The notes under the pieces were generated by a model, which was not told the origin of the DNA, ran no database searches, and saw nothing but the letters and a program-made list of their open reading frames with translations. The translations under genes and the position numbers were made by a program. A stretch of 64,000 nucleotides of DNA. Source: an uncultured Candidatus Saccharibacteria bacterium. GTDB taxonomy: Bacteria > Patescibacteriota > Minisyncoccia > Phycocordibacterales > UBA5272. Of the stretch, positions 28,229 to 39,970 are shown piece by piece. Numbering within the stretch: position 1 is the first letter of the stretch; every line of letters begins with the position of its first letter. The DNA lies in the NCBI GenBank assembly GCA_964420875.1, contig CAYQUK010000001.1, positions 74,051-138,050 on the forward strand, written 5' to 3'.

Positions 28229-29728
28229 ATGTCAGTACAAAACATAGTAAAAGAATTGGAAGGAATGATAAATGCTAACAACTCTAGCATTGAGGTAAAA
28301 GAGGCAGGGTCTGTGGCAAAGGTATATGATGGTATCGCCTCTGTTTACGGTCTCGCTAATGCTCAAAGCATGGAGATGCTCGAGTTCGAATCTGGTGCAA
28401 AAGGTCTAGCTTTAAACCTTGAGACTGACAATGTTGGTGTGGTTATAATCGAGGGTGCTGACAAGGTACGTGAAGGTGAGAGAGTAACCAGAACGAATAC
28501 TATTCTTGCTATTCCTGTTGCAGATGAGCTGCTTGGTCGCGTTGTTGATCCGCTTATGATGCCACTGGACGGTAAAGCAAAGATAAATAAAACAAAAGAT
28601 CAATTAGTTGAGCGTGTAGCGCCAGGCGTGATGACTCGTGAGCCAGTTAATGTTCCAATGCAAACAGGTATTAAGTCTATAGATGCAATGATACCTGTTG
28701 GACGTGGTCAACGTGAGTTGATTATTGGTGACAGACAAACCGGAAAGACTACTATTGCGATTGATACTATTATCAATCAAAAAGGTAAAGGTGTAGTCTG
28801 TGTATATGTTGCTATTGGTCAAAAAGAGTCAAAGATAGCTCAGATAGTTGAAAAGTTAACCCAAGCTGGAGCAATGGAGTATACGACTGTTGTACTCGCT
28901 GGTGTGTCACAAGGTGCAGCAAAGTCATTCCTCGCACCATATTCTGGAGTTGCTGTTGCGGAGTATTTTATGGAGCAAGGTAAAGATGTCCTAGTTATAT
29001 ACGACGACCTATCTAAACATGCTATTGCATATCGTGAGATGTCTCTATTACTTCGTCGCCCACCAGGACGTGAGGCATATCCAGGAGATGTTTTTTACCT
29101 ACATTCACGCCTCCTCGAGCGCGCATGTCGCCTCAATGCTGAAAATGGTGGAGGGTCAATCACAGCATTACCGATTATTGAGACTCAAGCTGGAGATATC
29201 TCGGCATATGTTGCAACAAACGTGATCTCAATCACTGACGGACAGATATTTCTCGATTCAGGTCTTTTCTATCGCGGTATCAGGCCTGCTATTGATGTTG
29301 GACTGTCGGTATCTCGTGTAGGATCATCAGCACAATTAAAACCAATGAAGAAAAACGCAGGTATGATGAAGCTGAACTTGGCACAGTATCGCGAGCTCGA
29401 GAGCTTTGCTCAATTTGATTCAGACTTAGATCCAGTTACAAAGGCAACTATCGAGCGTGGCAAGAGAACTGTAGAAATGCTAAAGCAGAAAAATGGTGAA
29501 CCTATGAGTGTTGGTGCTCAGGTTGCATCTATTTATGCCGTTAATAGTGGTGTAACAGATGAGCTGGATGTAAAAAACATTAATGATTTTGAAATGTATA
29601 TGCAAAATGCATTGCACACTTACCATGCAGAGCTGGAGGCCGACCTGTCAAAGGATTGGAATGAGGATATAGAGGCAAAGCTAAAAGAGTTCTTGGCAAC
29701 TGTTAAGGCTGACTATATAGCGAAATAA
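28229..29728 (+). CDS. atpA: F0F1 ATP synthase subunit alpha
   Basis: Walker A GDRQTGKT, strong alpha-subunit similarity throughout. Confidence 0.96.
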   Translation: MSVQNIVKELEGMINANNSSIEVKEAGSVAKVYDGIASVYGLANAQSMEMLEFESGAKGLALNLETDNVGVVIIEGADKVREGERVTRTNTILAIPVADELLGRVVDPLMMPLDGKAKINKTKDQLVERVAPGVMTREPVNVPMQTGIKSIDAMIPVGRGQRELIIGDRQTGKTTIAIDTIINQKGKGVVCVYVAIGQKESKIAQIVEKLTQAGAMEYTTVVLAGVSQGAAKSFLAPYSGVAVAEYFMEQGKDVLVIYDDLSKHAIAYREMSLLLRRPPGREAYPGDVFYLHSRLLERACRLNAENGGGSITALPIIETQAGDISAYVATNVISITDGQIFLDSGLFYRGIRPAIDVGLSVSRVGSSAQLKPMKKNAGMMKLNLAQYRELESFAQFDSDLDPVTKATIERGKRTVEMLKQKNGEPMSVGAQVASIYAVNSGVTDELDVKNINDFEMYMQNALHTYHAELEADLSKDWNEDIEAKLKEFLATVKADYIAK

Positions 29729-29736
29729 TTTTATAA

Positions 29737-30594
29737 ATGCAAACTAGAGCAATCAAAGGTAAAATAAAATCAACACAGAGTATACGTAAAATCACACGTA
29801 CTATGGAGATGGTGTCTGTGGCAAAAATGAAAAAGGCTCTAGCTCTAGCAGAGGGGTACAAGGCATTTACTGTGGAAGCAAAAAGAGTGTTGGCGATACT
29901 TGGTGAGCAGCGTGAAAAACATCCACTAATGATGCAAAATGATAGCCATAAGAAACTACTAATAATAATCGGAGGACAGAAAGGGCTCTGCGGAGGATTC
30001 AACACAAATATATATCGTAAGGTGTATAAATATAATAAGGATAACAATCATAAAGTTGATATGATTTGCGTCGGTAAATACGGTGAGAAAATAGCAAAGA
30101 AATTTGAAAGTACTGACTCGGCTATCATCGCATCTTTTAATGCAAAAGTTTTTGCTGTTTCTGATGCGAGAGCAATGACAAAGACTGTCATCGCTGCGTA
30201 TCTTGAGGGGACATATTCTGCGGTGGATATCGTATACACTGATTTTGAAAATATTAACTCTCAACGCGTAGACACTATACAGCTCTTACCATTTAGTAAT
30301 AAAAATATTGATAACAAAAATAACGTTGATGGTCTTGAGTACAGTTTTGAGCCAAGTGTAACTGAGGTGTATGAGCAAGCTATAAAAATACTATTGCAGA
30401 ACTTGATAGCTGGATTTGTATCCCGTTCTACAGCTGCTGAGCACGCTGCGCGTATGATGGCTATGAAGACTGCGACAGATAATGCTGGAGAGATGCTCGA
30501 CGAGCTAAAGCTGTGGTACAACAAAGTTCGCCAAGCAGGCATCACCCAGGAAATAGCCGAAATATCATCCGGAGCAATGGCTATCGCGAAGTAG
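29737..30594 (+). CDS. atpG: F0F1 ATP synthase subunit gamma
   Basis: N- and C-terminal coiled-coil helices (MQTRAIKGKIKSTQSIRKITRTMEMVSVAKM ... EISSGAMAIAK). Confidence 0.9.
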   Translation: MQTRAIKGKIKSTQSIRKITRTMEMVSVAKMKKALALAEGYKAFTVEAKRVLAILGEQREKHPLMMQNDSHKKLLIIIGGQKGLCGGFNTNIYRKVYKYNKDNNHKVDMICVGKYGEKIAKKFESTDSAIIASFNAKVFAVSDARAMTKTVIAAYLEGTYSAVDIVYTDFENINSQRVDTIQLLPFSNKNIDNKNNVDGLEYSFEPSVTEVYEQAIKILLQNLIAGFVSRSTAAEHAARMMAMKTATDNAGEMLDELKLWYNKVRQAGITQEIAEISSGAMAIAK

Positions 30595-30642
30595 GTTTGA
30601 TAGACTTGACACAGTTTTTATTTAAATGTAGTATGCAGATAT

Positions 30643-31512
30643 ATGAAAAGATTATTTGCTTTATTTGCCATAGTTTCTATATCTAGTCAGGCTGTTTTTG
30701 CCTTATCTATTTACCCACCATACAATGGTAATGGTGATTATGATACTAATCCAGTGCAATCTGCTACTTGTTACAACCTCTCATACAATATGAGAAAAGG
30801 TGATAAGGATAGTACTGTTGGTGGCGAAGTATCAAAACTTCAAGAGGCCATGAATCAGCTTGGGTATATGTCTCAGGATCCTACAGGATTTTTCGGTAAT
30901 GCGACATTTAATGCTGTTAGAAGTTTCCAGTCTGCAAATAATCTTTCTGCTACGGGGTACTTTGGAAATCTAACTCGTGCTGCTCTACAATCCAGAACAT
31001 GTGGAACAATCAACAACCCAGTTTATCCAACAACTACATGTGCGTTGTATACAACATATATTTCTAACTCATGCATATGTCCTACAGGTTACTATGCTAT
31101 GTACACAATACCTGGAAGCAGTGCATTTTCATGCCAAAACGGTACAGGGTATAATCCTGGCAACAACAATGGGACAATCTCTTGTAATCTAAATACTATT
31201 TACACTACTAACTCATGTGTATGTCCATCTGGATATACTGCTATGACTTATGGATCAGGTACATTTATGTGCCAAAGCTATAACGGAGGATACAATAATA
31301 ATCCAAATTATAACGATTGTAATTACTATGGAAATTGTAATTATAACAATGGAAATCAATACAATAACATCTGTGCAGTAGGTGAGAATGTTCAAGTCGA
31401 CCTATCTCGCTGTACCTGTCCGGCCGGTTACACTGCTGTACAATATCAGACATTTGCATATGATGGCACACAGCCAGGAATGTGTAGATATCAAGGTTGG
31501 TACAACTACTAG
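30643..31512 (+). CDS. Secreted protein: signal peptide + peptidoglycan-binding (PG_binding_1-like) domain + Cys-rich C[IVT]CPxGY[TY]AM repeats with N/Y/G-rich low complexity
   Basis: Signal peptide MKRLFALFAIVSISSQAVFA; PGBD-like segment (GGEVSKLQEAMNQLGY...GFFGNATFNAVRSFQSANNLSATGYFGNLTRAAL); four CxCPxGY repeats; inserted between atpG and atpD. Confidence 0.7.
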   Translation: MKRLFALFAIVSISSQAVFALSIYPPYNGNGDYDTNPVQSATCYNLSYNMRKGDKDSTVGGEVSKLQEAMNQLGYMSQDPTGFFGNATFNAVRSFQSANNLSATGYFGNLTRAALQSRTCGTINNPVYPTTTCALYTTYISNSCICPTGYYAMYTIPGSSAFSCQNGTGYNPGNNNGTISCNLNTIYTTNSCVCPSGYTAMTYGSGTFMCQSYNGGYNNNPNYNDCNYYGNCNYNNGNQYNNICAVGENVQVDLSRCTCPAGYTAVQYQTFAYDGTQPGMCRYQGWYNY

Positions 31513-31584
31513 TTTCAAAATAAATAACATAAAAGCCACTCGCTAGCGAGTGGCTTTTATGTTATAATATCTCGGTAAAATTAA

Positions 31585-32967
<1,383 letters not shown>

Positions 32968-32969
32968 TA

Positions 32970-33380
32970 ATGATACATCTCTACATAGCAACGCCAGAGG
33001 CGAAAATATTTGATGGAGAGGTGGACAGGGTTACTCTTCCTAGTTCGTCTGGGACTATTAGTGTTTTAGCTGGTCATGAGCCGATAATGTCGACGATACT
33101 TTTTGGTGAGATACGTTTTAATCGCGGTACAGATGAGGAGGTATTTGCGGCTTATAACGGAGTGATAAATATTGAAAACAATAAAGGTCACACTCGTGTC
33201 TCGGTGTTACTCGAGCACAATGAAAATGTTAAAAATATTGACATAGAAAAAGCCAACGCAGCTCTCGAGCGCGCAAAAGAGCTAAAGACTATGAAAATGG
33301 ACGATTTGTCGCTCGACAGCAACAGTACATTGATGCGTGAACTCAATAGGGTTAGACTTGCCAAAAAGTATAATCGTTAA
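32970..33380 (+). CDS. atpC: F0F1 ATP synthase subunit epsilon
   Basis: Beta-sandwich N-terminus (IATPEAKIFDGEVDRVTLPSSSGTISVLAGHEP) plus helical C-terminus. Confidence 0.85.
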   Translation: MIHLYIATPEAKIFDGEVDRVTLPSSSGTISVLAGHEPIMSTILFGEIRFNRGTDEEVFAAYNGVINIENNKGHTRVSVLLEHNENVKNIDIEKANAALERAKELKTMKMDDLSLDSNSTLMRELNRVRLAKKYNR

Positions 33381-33395
33381 TACACTGTACAGACT

Positions 33396-34658
33396 ATGCT
33401 AGATATCAAATTCATCCGTGAGAATAGTGAGATTATTAAAACAGCTGCCATTAAAAAGAAGTTAAAATTTGATGTTGATGCTCTGGTAAATCTAGACAAT
33501 CAAAGACTAGAAATAATGAAGCGTGCCGAGGAATTGAGAGCAAAGCAAAGTGGAGCTAGTGAGCAAATACAAAAGTCTGCCGGTGATGAGCGTAATGCCT
33601 TGTTGGAGTCAATGAAAGTTGTTAAAGACGAACTTAAAAAAGAGGAAGAGGCGCTAGAGGTCATAATGAAAGATTGGCGTGCGTTGATGCTGGCTGTACC
33701 AAATATCCCAGACATGAGTGTGCCAGATGGAGAGAGTGATGCTGATAATGTAGAGGTTAAAAAATGGGGAGAGATAAAAACTTTTGACTTCAAGGTCCGT
33801 GATCATATTGAAATAATGGAGATGGGTGACATGGTTGATTTTGAGCGCGGCACAAAGACTTCTGGATTTCGTGGATACTTTTTGAAAAACGATGCAGCAC
33901 TACTAGAGATGGCAGTATGGCAATATGTAATGCAAAAGTGGAATAAGAAAGGGTTTACTCCAATGATAGTGCCGTCAATGGTAAAGCGTGAGACACTACT
34001 TGGATCTGGATATTTACCACAAGGTGAAGATGATTTGTATAAAGATGGAGATGATTATTTATCTGGTACTGGTGAGGTAGCAACTATGTTTTACCATTCA
34101 GGAGAGGTTATGGATGTTCCGCAACTACCAAAGAAATACTTGGCATTTTCAACATGTTTTCGCAAGGAGGCTGGCAGCCATGGTAAAGATGTGAAGGGGC
34201 TGGTCCGTGTGCATGAGTTCTACAAACTTGAACAAGTGATACTTTGCGAGGCATCTCATGAGAAGTCAGTAGAGCATCATGAGGAGCTACTACGTAACGC
34301 AGAGGAGATGATGGAGGAGCTGGGTATACCGTATCACACTGTTGTGAACTGTGGAGCGGATTTAGGATTGGGTCAAGTTAAAAAATATGACATCGAGGCC
34401 TGGATGCCAAGTCAAAATAAATATCGTGAGACACATAGCTGTAGTTATTTCCACGACTTCCAAACTAGACGCCTCAATATCAGATACAAAGATACTGACG
34501 GAAAGATGAGGTTTGCTCATTCTCTAAACAACACAGCTGCAGCTACACCACGCCTTATCACTGCTATTATTGAAAATTATCAAAATGCTGACGGTACAGT
34601 AACGGTACCAGAAGTCTTAATACCTTATGTGGGCAAAACACTTCTCGGTAGACCTTAA
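33396..34658 (+). CDS. serS: Seryl-tRNA synthetase
   Basis: N-terminal coiled-coil arm, class II motifs (FRKEAGSHGKDVKGLVRVHEF, GADLGLGQ). Confidence 0.95.
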   Translation: MLDIKFIRENSEIIKTAAIKKKLKFDVDALVNLDNQRLEIMKRAEELRAKQSGASEQIQKSAGDERNALLESMKVVKDELKKEEEALEVIMKDWRALMLAVPNIPDMSVPDGESDADNVEVKKWGEIKTFDFKVRDHIEIMEMGDMVDFERGTKTSGFRGYFLKNDAALLEMAVWQYVMQKWNKKGFTPMIVPSMVKRETLLGSGYLPQGEDDLYKDGDDYLSGTGEVATMFYHSGEVMDVPQLPKKYLAFSTCFRKEAGSHGKDVKGLVRVHEFYKLEQVILCEASHEKSVEHHEELLRNAEEMMEELGIPYHTVVNCGADLGLGQVKKYDIEAWMPSQNKYRETHSCSYFHDFQTRRLNIRYKDTDGKMRFAHSLNNTAAATPRLITAIIENYQNADGTVTVPEVLIPYVGKTLLGRP

Positions 34659-35166
34659 GTGGTTAAAAAAGGTTTTAATATTTTCTACTATTTTTGCAGT
34701 ACTGGCAACAGGTATTTTGCTAGGCTTAAAATGGGACAGAATAGTCTATCCAAACTCTTTTAAAGAAATAGAAAAAGACGTCATCACTCCGGGCTTGTCA
34801 GCTAGTACAACACTATCAAAATCAGATAGGATAATAATTCAAAATGTTTTTGAGTTACTCGAAAGTAAAAAATTGGTAATAGGTGACATACATGTTGATG
34901 AATGGAGAGATGTATATGTTGACACTGATCTGGCTCAAATTATTTTTAGTTTAAAAACAGAAAATCAGAAAATAATAAATACTTTGATTACGATAATAGA
35001 TAATAAGATTTTTCAGATCAGTCAGAAAAATCCAGAAAATATGTTAGAGTATATCGATATACGTTTTGGTAATAAGGTATTTTATAAGTATAAAAATGGA
35101 AAACACATTTCAGCTACAACAACCGAAAGTAACATTTTGGAACAAAGTACAACAACAGGCCGTTAA
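34627..35166 (+). CDS. Hypothetical membrane-anchored protein (179 aa)
   Basis: ORF overlapping the serS end by 32 nt; one N-terminal TM; no recognisable domain. Confidence 0.4.
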   Translation: MWAKHFSVDLKWLKKVLIFSTIFAVLATGILLGLKWDRIVYPNSFKEIEKDVITPGLSASTTLSKSDRIIIQNVFELLESKKLVIGDIHVDEWRDVYVDTDLAQIIFSLKTENQKIINTLITIIDNKIFQISQKNPENMLEYIDIRFGNKVFYKYKNGKHISATTTESNILEQSTTTGR

Positions 35167-36124
35167 TGAGGACAGGCCTATTGTCGTATTGGCCCCCATG
35201 GCGGACGTGACAGATGTGGTGTTCAGACAAATGATAAGTAAATACAGCCGCACGGGACAAGTTGGTGGTGGGCCGGATGTGATGTGGACAGAGTTCGTAT
35301 CTGCTGATGGGCTGTGTAGTCCAGGGAGAGAGGTGTTAAAACGAGATCTGGAGTATGCAGAAATAGAGAGGCCAGTGGTGGCTCAGCTGTTTACTTCTAA
35401 TCCAGAAAATATGCACAATGCTGTAAAGTATTGTCGTGAGCTCGGTTTTGATGGAGTGGACATTAATATGGGTTGTCCTGTAGACATTATTGGCAATCAA
35501 GGTGCAGGAGCTAAACTTATAACCACTCCAGAGCTAGCCGTGAGGCTGATACGCGCAGCACAGTCTGCTGCAGGTGACATGCCCATAACTGTGAAGACTA
35601 GAATAGGGTGGAACAAAGTGGAGTACAAAGAGTGGCTCGGGGCAATATTAAAATGTGATCTACCGGTACTGACTGTGCATTTGCGTACCAGAAAAGAAAT
35701 GTCACTGGTTGACGCTCATTGGGAGCTGGCGAGTGAGATTGGGGATTTTATAAAATCAGTATCACCAAACACTATATATATTGCAAATGGAGATGTAAAA
35801 GACTTGGCAGATGCAAAATCAAAATGGGAAAATCATAATATAGATGGAGTTATGATTGGGCGAGGAGTTTTCGGTTCACCGTGGCTTTTTGATTGGAATG
35901 GCGCAGTGCCAGATTTAAAACAAAAACTACAAATAATGCTCGAGCATACAAAATTGTACGAGGAGATGCTTGGGGATATAAAAAGCTTCTCAGTTATGAA
36001 AAAGCATTATAAAGCCTATGTAAATGGCTTTGCCGGCGCAAAGGAATTGCGTGAAAAACTATTCGAGTGTAAAGATTATGGAGAAGTGTTACAATGTACC
36101 AATGAGTTTTTATCGAAAATATAG
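35096..36124 (+). CDS. dus: tRNA-dihydrouridine synthase (Dus family)
   Basis: TIM-barrel Dus motifs (PIVVLAPMADVTDVVFRQ, FDGVDINMGCPV, active-site Cys); start placed at ATG 35096. Confidence 0.85.
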   Translation: MENTFQLQQPKVTFWNKVQQQAVNEDRPIVVLAPMADVTDVVFRQMISKYSRTGQVGGGPDVMWTEFVSADGLCSPGREVLKRDLEYAEIERPVVAQLFTSNPENMHNAVKYCRELGFDGVDINMGCPVDIIGNQGAGAKLITTPELAVRLIRAAQSAAGDMPITVKTRIGWNKVEYKEWLGAILKCDLPVLTVHLRTRKEMSLVDAHWELASEIGDFIKSVSPNTIYIANGDVKDLADAKSKWENHNIDGVMIGRGVFGSPWLFDWNGAVPDLKQKLQIMLEHTKLYEEMLGDIKSFSVMKKHYKAYVNGFAGAKELREKLFECKDYGEVLQCTNEFLSKI

Positions 36125-37082
36125 ACCAACAAATTTTGATGAAGTATTGGGGCAAAATGCTGCCGTCGCGACACTGCAATCAATAGCAAAAACAGAAAAT
36201 ATTCCCCATGCCTATATATTTTGTGGAGGGCATGGTACAGGTAAAACCAGTATCGCCAGGATATTTGCAAAGGCTCTCGGGACTGACAGTCAGGATATAT
36301 ATGAGATGGACGCGGCGAGCAATAGAGGTATAGATGAGGCTCGCGATTTGCGTGAGGCGATACACACCATGCCAGTATTTTCAAAATACAAAGTTTACAT
36401 TTTGGACGAGGCACATATGTTAACAAAAGAGGCCAGTAATGCACTGCTGAAAACTCTAGAGGAGCCACCATCACATATTATTTTTATACTTTGTACTACT
36501 GATGCTGACAAGTTACTTTCTACCATTCGTTCTCGTTGTCAGATCATCGATTTTAAACGTGCCACTCACGAAGATCTTGTAAAACAGATAACACACGTTG
36601 CAAAGCAAGAGAAAATAAAAATAGACAAAGAGTCAGTCTCACTAATAGCAAGCAAGAGTAACAGATCATTTCGTGATGCGCTCAGCAATCTGGAGACTGT
36701 GGTGCATGGTATAGGTGAGGATATAAATTTTGATAGTGTAAAAGACTTTTTCAAAGTTGGGAATCAAGAGGGTGTATTAAAAGTTCTTGATGCTGTACAT
36801 GAAAAAAATATAAAAAGTGTTTTTGAGATATTGGAGCAATTAGAAATCGGGGATGGATTTTACGATGAGATACTCGAGACTTTGCGTCAGGGTATGCTGG
36901 TAAGACAAAAAGTAGCAAAAGACGTAGAGGTGGATTTTGCTGACTTTGTTGCTGCTCACGACACATTGTTCACTGCTAAAAATTTACTTTTCCTGTTAGA
37001 AAAGAAACCTATTTTTGAATTCACAAAAGAAAAAAAGACTGCCGTGATGGCAGCCCTTGGAGCGATGGTGGAGCAGGGTTAA
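36102..37082 (+). CDS. dnaX: DNA polymerase III subunit gamma/tau, short form (326 aa)
   Basis: MSFYRKYRP N-terminus, Walker A GGHGTGKTS, ILDEAHML, LLKTLEEPP, SRC motif; overlaps the dus end. Confidence 0.85.
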   Translation: MSFYRKYRPTNFDEVLGQNAAVATLQSIAKTENIPHAYIFCGGHGTGKTSIARIFAKALGTDSQDIYEMDAASNRGIDEARDLREAIHTMPVFSKYKVYILDEAHMLTKEASNALLKTLEEPPSHIIFILCTTDADKLLSTIRSRCQIIDFKRATHEDLVKQITHVAKQEKIKIDKESVSLIASKSNRSFRDALSNLETVVHGIGEDINFDSVKDFFKVGNQEGVLKVLDAVHEKNIKSVFEILEQLEIGDGFYDEILETLRQGMLVRQKVAKDVEVDFADFVAAHDTLFTAKNLLFLLEKKPIFEFTKEKKTAVMAALGAMVEQG

Positions 37083-37306
37083 GCTTTGACGGCGAATGCA
37101 GCGTCTATCCTTGCGATTTGTTCTCGTTTAACGGTTTCGTCAGTACACCTTTCCAGATGTTTTTTAACGTCACCCGCAAGTTTTTTTGCCGCATCAATGT
37201 ATATCTTGTTCCCAGACCCTAAGTATTTGTTTATGGTTAAGAGGTGATGGTCTACCGCCTCTACGGCAAACTCTGGCGTCATTGTTTCGTAAGCCATCAC
37301 GCCCAC
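37079..37306 (-). CDS. Hypothetical small protein (75 aa)
   Basis: ORF convergent with dnaX; overlaps the upstream 85-aa ORF. Confidence 0.3.
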   Translation of the reverse strand: MGVMAYETMTPEFAVEAVDHHLLTINKYLGSGNKIYIDAAKKLAGDVKKHLERCTDETVKREQIARIDAAFAVKA

Positions 37307-37554
37307 CCCAATATTTTTTGTTCCTGCTTACGCTCAATGGCGAATGCGCGAACATATTGGAATAGGGCGCCGAGCTCTTCTTCGAAGATAGTCAGCATAT
37401 CCAGAAGCTCATCCATAAACGCAACTGGGATCTGACATATCAACGCAAACAGTTTTTCTTCAAATACTTTTTCGCCTTCATGTGCGATCTCCACAGCATA
37501 ATCTACAAAGTCCTCAAGACCTTTGCGATCTGCTTCTGTGCAAACTGAACTCAT
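37297..37554 (-). CDS. Hypothetical small acidic protein (85 aa)
   Basis: ORF co-directional with and overlapping the 75-aa ORF; somewhat elevated GC. Confidence 0.3.
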   Translation of the reverse strand: MSSVCTEADRKGLEDFVDYAVEIAHEGEKVFEEKLFALICQIPVAFMDELLDMLTIFEEELGALFQYVRAFAIERKQEQKILGWA

Positions 37555-37592
37555 AAAACTCTCCCTAGTTGACCAAACTTTATAATACCCAT

Positions 37593-38258
37593 CTAGTTAC
37601 GATTTGTCAAATCATTACCAAATGTTGATCCGCGGCGGACGAGCTCGTGAGCGAGGGACGCGGCGAGGGTGCGATCGAGAACAGGGAGTAATGTGGTCTG
37701 ATTGCTGCCTTTTAAATGTGACTCGACTGGCATGTTGTTACTGAGTGATATGTCTAGTTTTGATAGACCCATCAAACGGTAGTGATATGGACGCCTGATT
37801 TCAACGTTTTGTATTTGATGATAAGCGATAACTATTTCTTTGATTGAAAATATACCACGACGCACATGGAATGCATTCTCGGTAAGATGGAATTTGTATT
37901 GTCTGTACAATACATAGGCACGCAGATATCCGACAAATGTTATCGAGAACGCCACCATTATTATCCATGTCGCCAGCAGTCCTTTTGATAGTTCATTGTA
38001 CCAGCTGTCACGAAGATATGTATCAGTAGTAGTTTGCAAAGATCCAAAATACATTTCATATACAAATGCAGCCATCAATATGCTTATCAAAACAAACCAC
38101 TTCCCATAAATAAAAAAGAAAAGCCAGAAAGTTTTGTTGCCAAGTTTGTATACGCGCCCCTCTTCTATCTCACTGTAGTCATTACTATTCCTTTTTGCTT
38201 CAGGTTTTGATGCCTCCGCATACTCTCTTTCTATTTTTATGGGGATTTGATTTATCAT
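37593..38258 (-). CDS. Membrane protein with bacterial PH (bPH_2/DUF304-like) domain
   Basis: Two TM helices followed by FHLTENAFHVRRGIFSIKEIVIAYHQIQNVEIRRPYHYRLMGLSKLDI pattern. Confidence 0.6.
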   Translation of the reverse strand: MINQIPIKIEREYAEASKPEAKRNSNDYSEIEEGRVYKLGNKTFWLFFFIYGKWFVLISILMAAFVYEMYFGSLQTTTDTYLRDSWYNELSKGLLATWIIMVAFSITFVGYLRAYVLYRQYKFHLTENAFHVRRGIFSIKEIVIAYHQIQNVEIRRPYHYRLMGLSKLDISLSNNMPVESHLKGSNQTTLLPVLDRTLAASLAHELVRRGSTFGNDLTNRN

Positions 38259-38283
38259 TACATTTAGTATAGCATTACCGATT

Positions 38284-38679
38284 ATGCAAGAAAAAGTATT
38301 AGTTTATTTGAAAAGTCATTTTCAGGGTATCGCCACAGCTATATTAGTATTAATAGCTATTTTTATAGGTTATGCCTGGGGGAATGGTGATTTTAATGAT
38401 GTAAAAGATGGGGATATTATGATAGAGGAAGTTGTGGCTACAAGTACAAACACAGGAGTTCCTACTTCGACTCCAGTTTCAGATGTTCCAACAGCACCAG
38501 TTAAAAAATATGTAGTAACAAAAAAAGCTACAGCATCATCTGCAGCAAGTACTACAATAGTCACATCTGACAATATAGCGCCAGTACCAGCAGCTACAAC
38601 TACATTCCCTTTGTATTTCTTTTACGGAGCAGGAGCAAGCGAGGTGTCATCTCCAGCACCAGTTCAAAACAACGACTAG
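38284..38679 (+). CDS. Hypothetical exported Thr/Ala/Pro-rich protein (131 aa)
   Basis: N-terminal TM or signal followed by low-complexity T/A/S/V-rich sequence. Confidence 0.4.
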   Translation: MQEKVLVYLKSHFQGIATAILVLIAIFIGYAWGNGDFNDVKDGDIMIEEVVATSTNTGVPTSTPVSDVPTAPVKKYVVTKKATASSAASTTIVTSDNIAPVPAATTTFPLYFFYGAGASEVSSPAPVQNND

Positions 38680-39938
38680 TTTACATTTTTACCCACCACA
38701 TATCCGCTGGTCCAGCATAGTTGCAGCGAGTATCCACCCGACGGGCGAGAAATATCAAATATATCCCCAGTCACATACAGATTGGGGTATATTTTTGACT
38801 GACATTTTTTCATATCTATTTCATTCAGATCTAGTCCTCCATCAGCAACCACGGCTTTGTCATACCCCATCAGTCCATCTATATTCACAGGCATAGCTTT
38901 TAATAGATGAAGTATTCTCTTTCTATCTTCTTTTGTTATGCTATGTACTTTTGTTTCCGGCCAGTTATGCTTTACTTTTTCTAATAACTCGAGAACTCCA
39001 ACAGATAAACCTTCTGGGAGTATTTCCTTGATAACATTTTTAAAAAGTTTATTTTTATTATTATCAAAAGTTTCTATAATTTTCTTTTCTAATATATTAA
39101 AATCTGTAGCAGGGAATATATCTATCGTTGCGGTTACCAGACCTTCATGTAACAGGTCAGAGACTTTTTTAGAAGAGTTTAAAATGAGAGGCCCAGACAG
39201 TCCAAAATGTGTAAACAGTATGCGACCTTTTTTTGAGAATGATTTTATGTCGTCCACAAAGAAAGTTATCTTTGTTTCGTCTAGCGATGTGCCAGAGAGA
39301 CTTTTGACCCAGGAGTCTGACACCGCTAGCGGTACCAGTCCTGGAGTAGAGTCCGATACCTTGTGTCCTATTTTTCGTAACAGTTTAAACCCATCCCCAG
39401 TAGATCCCGTTTCGGGGTGTGATTGGCCACCACTCGAGAGGACTATATTTTTAGCAAAATATTGACCGTTATTTGTATACACCCCTATGATTTCGTTTTC
39501 ATTTTTTATAACGTCACGTACACTTGTTCCCATTTTGATTGTAATGTTTTCGTTTTGTACAAAGCTTTCCATCACTCTGTACACATCCAACGCCTTTTCA
39601 CTTTTTGGGAATACTCTTTGCAAGTTTTGAGTGACGAGTGGCAGACCTCGCGACTCGAAAAATGTAAATGTGTCCGTGACTCCAAATTGCGCAAATGCTG
39701 AGTATAGATAGTCAGCGGCTGGTCCATAGTGAGAGAGTAGTTTGCGAATATCTGGCTCATTGTTGGTGATATTGCATCTACCTCCACCAGTGATTTTGAG
39801 TTTCTTGCCAAGCTCACCATTTTTTTCTAGTAGCAAAACTTTTTTGCTCCTCTCTGCCGCTACACCTGCCGCCATCATTCCAGATGCCCCACCACCAATA
39901 ACAAGAAGATCGTATATTGTATTGGGAGTTGTTTCCAT
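38676..39938 (-). CDS. NAD(P)/FAD-dependent oxidoreductase, HI0933/BaiN-like flavoprotein
   Basis: N-terminal dinucleotide-binding GxGxxG (DLLVIGGGASGMMAAG), GGGRCNITN motif typical of the HI0933 family. Confidence 0.85.
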   Translation of the reverse strand: METTPNTIYDLLVIGGGASGMMAAGVAAERSKKVLLLEKNGELGKKLKITGGGRCNITNNEPDIRKLLSHYGPAADYLYSAFAQFGVTDTFTFFESRGLPLVTQNLQRVFPKSEKALDVYRVMESFVQNENITIKMGTSVRDVIKNENEIIGVYTNNGQYFAKNIVLSSGGQSHPETGSTGDGFKLLRKIGHKVSDSTPGLVPLAVSDSWVKSLSGTSLDETKITFFVDDIKSFSKKGRILFTHFGLSGPLILNSSKKVSDLLHEGLVTATIDIFPATDFNILEKKIIETFDNNKNKLFKNVIKEILPEGLSVGVLELLEKVKHNWPETKVHSITKEDRKRILHLLKAMPVNIDGLMGYDKAVVADGGLDLNEIDMKKCQSKIYPNLYVTGDIFDISRPSGGYSLQLCWTSGYVVGKNVN

Positions 39939-39970
39939 TTGGCCATTCTAACATATGATACACTGTTTGC

